This document shows positions 62,691 through 64,000 of a stretch of 64,000 bases of DNA, piece by piece. The stretch's first letter is position 1, and each line of letters begins with the position of its first letter. A program made the position numbers and the translations under genes. Under the pieces are notes generated by a model, which had not been told where the DNA came from, did no database searches, and was given only the letters and a program-made list of their open reading frames with translations. Source of the DNA: Octopus bimaculoides (Eukaryota); assembly GCF_001194135.2 (NCBI RefSeq), contig NC_068990.1:92263830-92327829 (forward strand), given 5' to 3'.

Positions 62691-64000
62691 ATTCTTTCAG
62701 TTTTTGTCTATGAAATCTACTCCCTAAGATTTGATCAACCTGTGACTAGAGTAAGGCATTTGGCCAAGGTGTCTCATGGTTGGGAAGCAAGCTTCTTAAC
62801 CACATCCCAGGGCTTGCTTATGTTTTCCCAAAAATGTTACTCATCTGGTCCCATTGGAGTTATTTCCTTTGTTTATCAATTTTAGATTTTAAACCACCTC
62901 AGACTATTGCTTATGTAATTTCGTGAAATTAAATCTCTTCTTGATCATGCAAAAGAAATGCATGGAAATGGACATTAAATAATGATGATGGTGTGTGTGT
63001 GTGTGTGTGTGTGTGTGCATGTCTTTGTGTGTATTTATTATGTTATGCAAAGATATACATGCATGCACACACACACACACACACGCACACACACACACAC
63101 ACGCACACACNNNNNNNNNNNNNNNNNNNNNNNNNNNNNNNNNNNNNNNNNNNNNNNNNNNNNNNNNNNNNNNNNNNNNNNNNNNNNNNNNNNNNNNNNN
63201 NNNNNNNNNNNNNNNNNNNNNNNNNNNNNNNNNNNNNNNNNNNNNNNNNNNNNNNNNNNNNNNNNNNNNNNNNNNNNNNNNNNNNNNNNNNNNNNNNNNN
63301 NNNNNNNNNNNNNNNNNNNNNNNNNNNNNNNNNNNNNNNNNNNNNNNNNNNNNNNNNNNNNNNNNNNNNNNNGTGTGTGTGTGTGTGTGTGTGTGTGTGC
63401 ATGTCTTTGTGTGTATTTATTATGTTATGCAAAGATATACATGCATGCACACACACACACACACACGCACACACACACACACACGCACACACGTATATGT
63501 ATACAGGGACTGTGTCTCCAAGTTATTCCTGTTACACTTTACAAAGCACATGACATTTGCATTTACTCTGTTGCTGTTGTTGTTGGTATTGTTGTTGTTG
63601 AGACCTGGCAAAAGCAAAAAAGAAAAAAAGAAAAAGAAAAAAAGCTTGTCTGTATATAAATGGGAGTGTATATACATGGAAGTGTCCCAAATTATAACTG
63701 TCACACTTAACAAGCAGTGCAGTGCTGAATTGGTGGTGACAGTGATGGGGATGGTGGTGGTGGTGGTGGTGGTGGTGGTAGTGGTGGTGGTTTTGGTGGT
63801 GGTGCTAGTGGCAGTGTGGATCAAAATGATGATGGCAGTAGTAGGGCTGATGGTAATGGTGAAGATTATGATGCTGCTGTTTCTGTTCTGCTGCAGCTGC
63901 TGATGGTGACAGTAGTGGTAGGGGTTGTGGTCATGTGTTGTTGTTGTTGTTGTTGTTGGTGGTGGTGGTAACAGTTTTGAAAGTGATGATGATGGTGATT

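Noticed and set aside
62990-63491. ~120-bp direct repeat on both sides of the gap (similar cases at about 680-970 and 6868-6940)
   Set aside because: Gap-flank duplication; assembly artefact until long reads show otherwise.

Overview
Eukaryotic, AT-rich, microsatellite-saturated genomic DNA with 15 N-gaps. It is most likely a short-read octopus (coleoid cephalopod) assembly; this is an inference from the SINE families and repeat load. No intact protein-coding gene can be supported. Nearly all long ORFs in the supplied track are microsatellite or N-gap artefacts. The window contains: tRNA-headed SINEs; RTE-type 3' tails; decayed LINE coding fragments (two Dong/R4-like, one CRE-like, RTE, APE remnants); mariner elements; hAT/Charlie-, piggyBac- and unclassified MITEs; and Penelope-like termini. 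Highlights: (1) several type I hammerhead-ribozyme folds in Penelope-like ends, one intact and locked in a 75-bp hairpin opposite a core-mutated copy (8824-8979); (2) a homotypic TGACGTCA (CRE) array followed by a TATA box and a strong splice donor (14781-15546); (3) a MITE carrying head-to-head telomere repeats (39225-39544); (4) two hAT MITEs stacked on one 8-bp target site (16470-17112). A few isolated candidate exons are listed at low confidence. All alignments and folds were done by eye; no database searches were run.
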